A stretch of DNA of 54,686 nucleotides, filler included, from Sphacelaria rigidula (lineage: Eukaryota): NCBI GenBank assembly GCA_964200075.2. It is 5 parts of 5 records of this genome, joined end to end, with 100 filler letters (N's around TTAATTAATTAA, not from the genome) between each part and the next. Parts side by side here need not be neighbours in the genome. Positions count along the whole stretch, not along the records: positions 43,831 to 54,686 come from CAXNAA020005784.1; 4 more parts are not named here. The stretch is one strand, 5' to 3'. Below, piece by piece: positions 50,236-54,686 of this stretch; within the stretch, counting starts at the first letter, position 1, and every line of letters starts with the position of its first letter. The notes beneath the pieces were generated by a model that was not told the origin of the DNA, searched no databases, and worked only from the letters and a program-made list of their open reading frames with translations. Both the position numbers and the translations under genes were made by a program.

Positions 50236-50710
50236 AGCGTGGTATTGGATCCGCTGGGGGCTTCTGTGACCCCCCGACACAACAGAGGGGACAAATCGAC
50301 ATTCACGGGCTGGCTACGTGGGCACGAGACCGTGGGCTCGAGAGCCCTCTACACGATGGAATGCGGTGCCATCCAACCACAATTCGACGATTTGCTGTCT
50401 ACACAGAGAGACAAGAAGCAACCTGAGCAATACAAGAATATACACGACTCGCTGACGAAAAAAACAGCTTCAATAGAACAACTGCTGCTGTGCAACGTTG
50501 GCAAACAAAGGATACACCCCCCAAGACCAGGGCCACCCACAAAATGACCCGAACATATTCACTTCCCTCTCCCGACAACAATCAAACCGGAACCTGCTGG
50601 CTACTTCTATTTCCTTTGCTATTATGTTTTTTTCCCTTTCTTCTTGGTAATTTTATTCGTATTTCTTCTTCTCTACGTTTCTCCCTTATCCTTTTTTTTT
50701 CTCCGATACC

Positions 50711-53700
50711 CATATCACAGCCCGGACATAAACATGAAATAGGGAAGCTAACCCTCCTTTTCTTAAGCCTACCACAACACAGCCCGGACATGGACATGAA
50801 ATAAAGGAGGTAACCCTCCTTTCACTTCACGTACCATAATACAGCCCGGACATAGACATGGAACTCGTTTTCCCTTAACTTGCCATAACAGAGCCTGGAT
50901 ATAGACATTAAATAAAGGAGCCAACCCTCCTTCATACCACCTACCCTAACACAGCCATGAACATGAAACTCCTTTACCCCTAACATGCCATAACACAGCC
51001 CGGACATAGACATGGAACAAAGAGGCTAACCCTCCTTTTCCTTGAAGCTACCATGACACAGTCCGGACATAGACATGAAAAAGATAAGCTGACCCTACTT
51101 CTTCTCCAACCTATCATAACGCAGCCCGGACATAGACATGGAACAAGAAGGCTGACCCTCCTTTTCTTTAGCCTACCATAACACAGCCCGGTCATGGACA
51201 TGAAAAAAAGAAGATATGCCCCCTCCCCTTTCTCTTCTTCAAGACAACATCACACAGCCCGGACACAGACGTGAAATGAAAAAGCTAACCCTCATTTTAC
51301 TTCACGTACCATAATACAGCCCGAACATAGACATGAAACTCATTTTTCTCCAAGATAACATCATACAGCCCGGACATAGACATGGAGCAAAGAAGACAAC
51401 CCTCCTTTTATATCACCTACCGTAACACAGCCAGGACATAGGCATGAAACTCCTCTACCTCTAACATGCCCTAACACGGCCCGGACATGGACATGGAGTA
51501 GAGAAGCTAACCATCCTTTTACTTCAACCTACCATAGCGCAGCCCGGACATAGACATGGAGTAGAGAAGATAACCATCGTTTTCTTTTAACCGACCCTAA
51601 CACAGCCCGGACATAGACATGAAATAAAAAAGTCAACCCTCCTTTTACTTCACGTACCATAATACAGCCAGGACATAGACATGGAACAGAAAGCCTAACC
51701 CTCCTTTTCTTTAGCCTACCATAACACAGCCCGATCATGGACATGAAATAGAGAAGATAACCCCTTTTATTTTTTTCTTCAACATAACATCACACAACCC
51801 GGACATAGACATGAATAACATGAAGAAGCCAACCCTCCTTTTACTTCACGTACCATAATACAGCCAGGACATAGACATGGAACAGGAAGACTAACCCTGC
51901 TTTTCTTCAGCCTACCATAACACAGCCCGGTCATGGACATGACATAGAGAAGATAACCCCTTTTTTTTTTTCATCAACATAACATCACACAACCCCGACA
52001 TAGACATGAAATGAAGAAGCCAACCCTCCTTTTACTTCACGTACCATAACACAGCCCGGACATAGACATGGAGTAGAGAAGCTAACCATCGTTTTCTTTC
52101 AACCGACCCTAACACAGCCCGGACATAGACATGAAATAAAAACGTCAACCCTCCTTTTACTTCACGCACAATAATACAGCCAGGACATAGACATGGAACA
52201 GGAAAGCTAACCCTCCTCTTCTTTAGCCTACCATAACACAGCCCGATCATGGACATGAAATAGAGAAGATAACCCCTTTTTTTCTTTTCTTCAACATAAC
52301 ATCACACAACCCGGACATAGACATGAATAACATGAAGAAGCCAACCCTCCTTTTACTTCACGTACCATAACACAGCCCGGACATAGACATGGAGTAGAAT
52401 AGCTAACCATCGTTTCTTTCAACCGACCCTAGCACCGGCCGGACATAGACATGAAATGAAAACGTCAACCCTTCTTTCAATTCACGCACCATAATACAGA
52501 TAGGACATAGACATGGAACAGGAAGACTAACCCTGCTTTTCTTTAGCCTACCATCACACAGCCCGATCATGGACATGAAATAGAGAAGATAACCCCTTTT
52601 TTTCTGTTCTTTAACATAACATCACACAACCCGGACATAGGCATGAAATGAAGAAGCCAACCCTCCTTTTCTTTAGCCCAACACAACACGGCCCGGATAT
52701 AGACATGAAATAAAGAAGGCTAACCCTCCTTTCACTTCACGTACCATAATACAGCCAGGACATAGACATGGAACTCGTTTTCCCTTAACTTGCCATAACA
52801 CAGCCCGGATATAGACATGGAATACAAAAGCCAACCCTCCTTCATACCACCTACCCTAACACAGCCATGGTCATGAAACTCCTGTACCCCTAACATGCCA
52901 TAACACAGCCCGGACATAGACATGGAACAAAGAGGCTAACCCTCGTTTTCCTTGAAAATACCATGACACAGTCCGGACATAGACATACAAAAGATAAGCT
53001 GACCCTACTTCTTCTCCAAGCTATCATAACGCAGCCAGGACATAGACATGGAACAAGAAGGCTGACCCTCCTTTTCTTTAGCCTACCATAACACAGCCCG
53101 GTCATGGACATGAAATAGAGAAGATATGCCCCCTCCCCTTTCTCTTCTTCAAGACAACATCACACAGCCCGGACACAGACGTGAAATGAAAAAGCTAACC
53201 CTCATTTTACTTCACGTACCATAATACAGCCCGGACATAGACATGAAACTCATTTTTCTCCAAGATAACATCATACAGCCCGGACATAGACATGGAGCAC
53301 AGAAGACAACCCTCCTTTTATATCACCTACCGTAACACAGCCAGGACATAGGCATGAAACTCCTCTACCTCTAACATGCCATAACACAGCCCGGACATGG
53401 ACATGGAGTAGAGAAGCTAACCATCCTTTTACTTCAACCTACCATAGCGCAGCCCGGACATAGACATGGAGTAGGGAAGCTAACCATCGTTTTCTTTTAC
53501 CCGACCCTAACACAGCCCGGACATGAACATGAAATCAAAAAGTCAACCCTCCTTTTACTTCACGCACCATGATACAGCCAGGACATAGACATGGAACAGA
53601 ATGCCTAACCCTCCTTTTCTTTAGCCTACCACAACACAGCCCGATCATGGACATGAAATAGAGAAGATAACCCCTTTTTTTTTTCTTTAACATAACATCA

Positions 53701-54634
53701 CACAACCCGGACATAGACAAGGATAAAATGAAGAAGCCAACCCTCCTTTTACTTCACGGACCATAATACAGATAGGACATAGACATAGAACAGGAAGACT
53801 TACCCTCCTTTTCTTCAGTCTACCATAACACAGCCCGATCATGGACATGACATAGAGAAGATAACCCCTTTTTTTCTTTTCTTCAACATAACATCACACA
53901 ACCCCGACATAGACATGAAATGAAGAAGCCAACCCTCCTTTTACTTCACGTACCAAAATACAGCCCGGACATAGACATGGAGTAGAGAAGCTAACCATCG
54001 TTTTTTTTCAACCGACCCTAACACCGGCCGGACATAGACATGAAATAAAAACGTCAACCCTCCTTTTACTTCACGCACCATAATACAGATAGGACATAGA
54101 CATGGAACAGGAAGACTAACCCTGCTTTTCTTTAGCCTACCATCACACAGCCCGATCATGGACATGAAATAGAGAAGATAACCCCTTTTTTTCTTTTCTT
54201 CAACATAACATCACACAACCCGGACATAAACATGAAATGAAGAAGCCAACCCTCCTTTTCTTTAGCCCAACACAACACGGCCCGGACATAGACATGAAAT
54301 AAAGAAGGTAACCCTCCTTTCACTTCACGTACCATAATACAGCCAGGACATAGACATGGAACTCGTTTTCCCTTAACTTGCCATAACAGAGCCCGGATAT
54401 AGACATGGAATACAAAAGCCAACCCTCCTTCATACCACCTACCCTAACACAGCCATGGACATGAAACTCCTGTACCCCTAACATGCCATAACACAGCCCG
54501 GACATAGACATGGAACAAAGAGGCTAACCCTCCTTTTCCTTGAAGCTGCCATGACACAGTCCGGACATAGACATGAAAAAGATAAGCTGACCCTACTTCT
54601 TCTCCAACCTCTCATAACGCAGCCCGGACATAGA
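50711..54634. repeat. Satellite array, ~60-bp monomers with higher-order repeat
   Basis: Core CACAGCCCGGACATAGACATG repeated roughly 60 times; diagnostic variant gaactcgttttcccttaacttgcc at 50861, 52771, 54359. Confidence 0.97.
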
Positions 54635-54686
54635 CAACAGTGTTTTCGTGAGATTGAGAGTAGATGATACGATTGAGAGTGGCTTT
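54635..54686. mobile_element. Terminus of a second family-F element abutting or inserted into the satellite
   Basis: CAACAGTGTTTTCGTGAGATTGAGAG matches the family-F TIR; it cuts a satellite monomer at ...catagA. Confidence 0.7.

Noticed and set aside
50582-54511. Repeated MSMSGLCYG ORFs
   Set aside because: Translations of satellite monomers
50711-54634. CRISPR-like array (conserved ~21-nt core with variable intervening sequence)
   Set aside because: The intervening sequences are homologous to one another and recur in higher-order blocks, no cas genes are present and the context is eukaryotic; it is a satellite

Overview
Eukaryotic genomic DNA, not prokaryotic. It has GT-AG introns, tRNA-derived SINEs and dense MITEs; a brown alga or other stramenopile is a plausible source, but that is inference. 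The window is five unrelated contigs (1-10858, 10959-21816, 21917-32774, 32875-43730, 43831-54686), apparently size-sorted at 10858/10858/10858/10856/10856 bp and joined by artificial 100-nt N44-TTAATTAATTAA-N44 linkers, so nothing should be linked across them. Contig 1 holds three frame-consistent exons of a DDX60/Ski2-like DExH RNA helicase (minus strand) with TE-filled introns. Contig 2 is mostly nested non-autonomous DNA transposons with TIRs and 8-bp TSDs. Contig 3 holds a 5-exon gene for a ~1900-aa low-complexity protein. Contig 4 is a decaying cluster: a 209-bp tandem array, an intronless giant-virus-like ORF, a frameshifted unknown gene and a ~790-codon tyrosine recombinase pseudogene. 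This cluster is the best candidate for an undescribed integrating element or endogenous virus. Contig 5 has a further TIR element, a terminal kinase exon, a 108-bp repeat and a 3.9-kb ~60-bp satellite with higher-order structure. Most short ORFs in the supplied track are spurious. No database searches were run; family assignments rest on motif recognition by eye.
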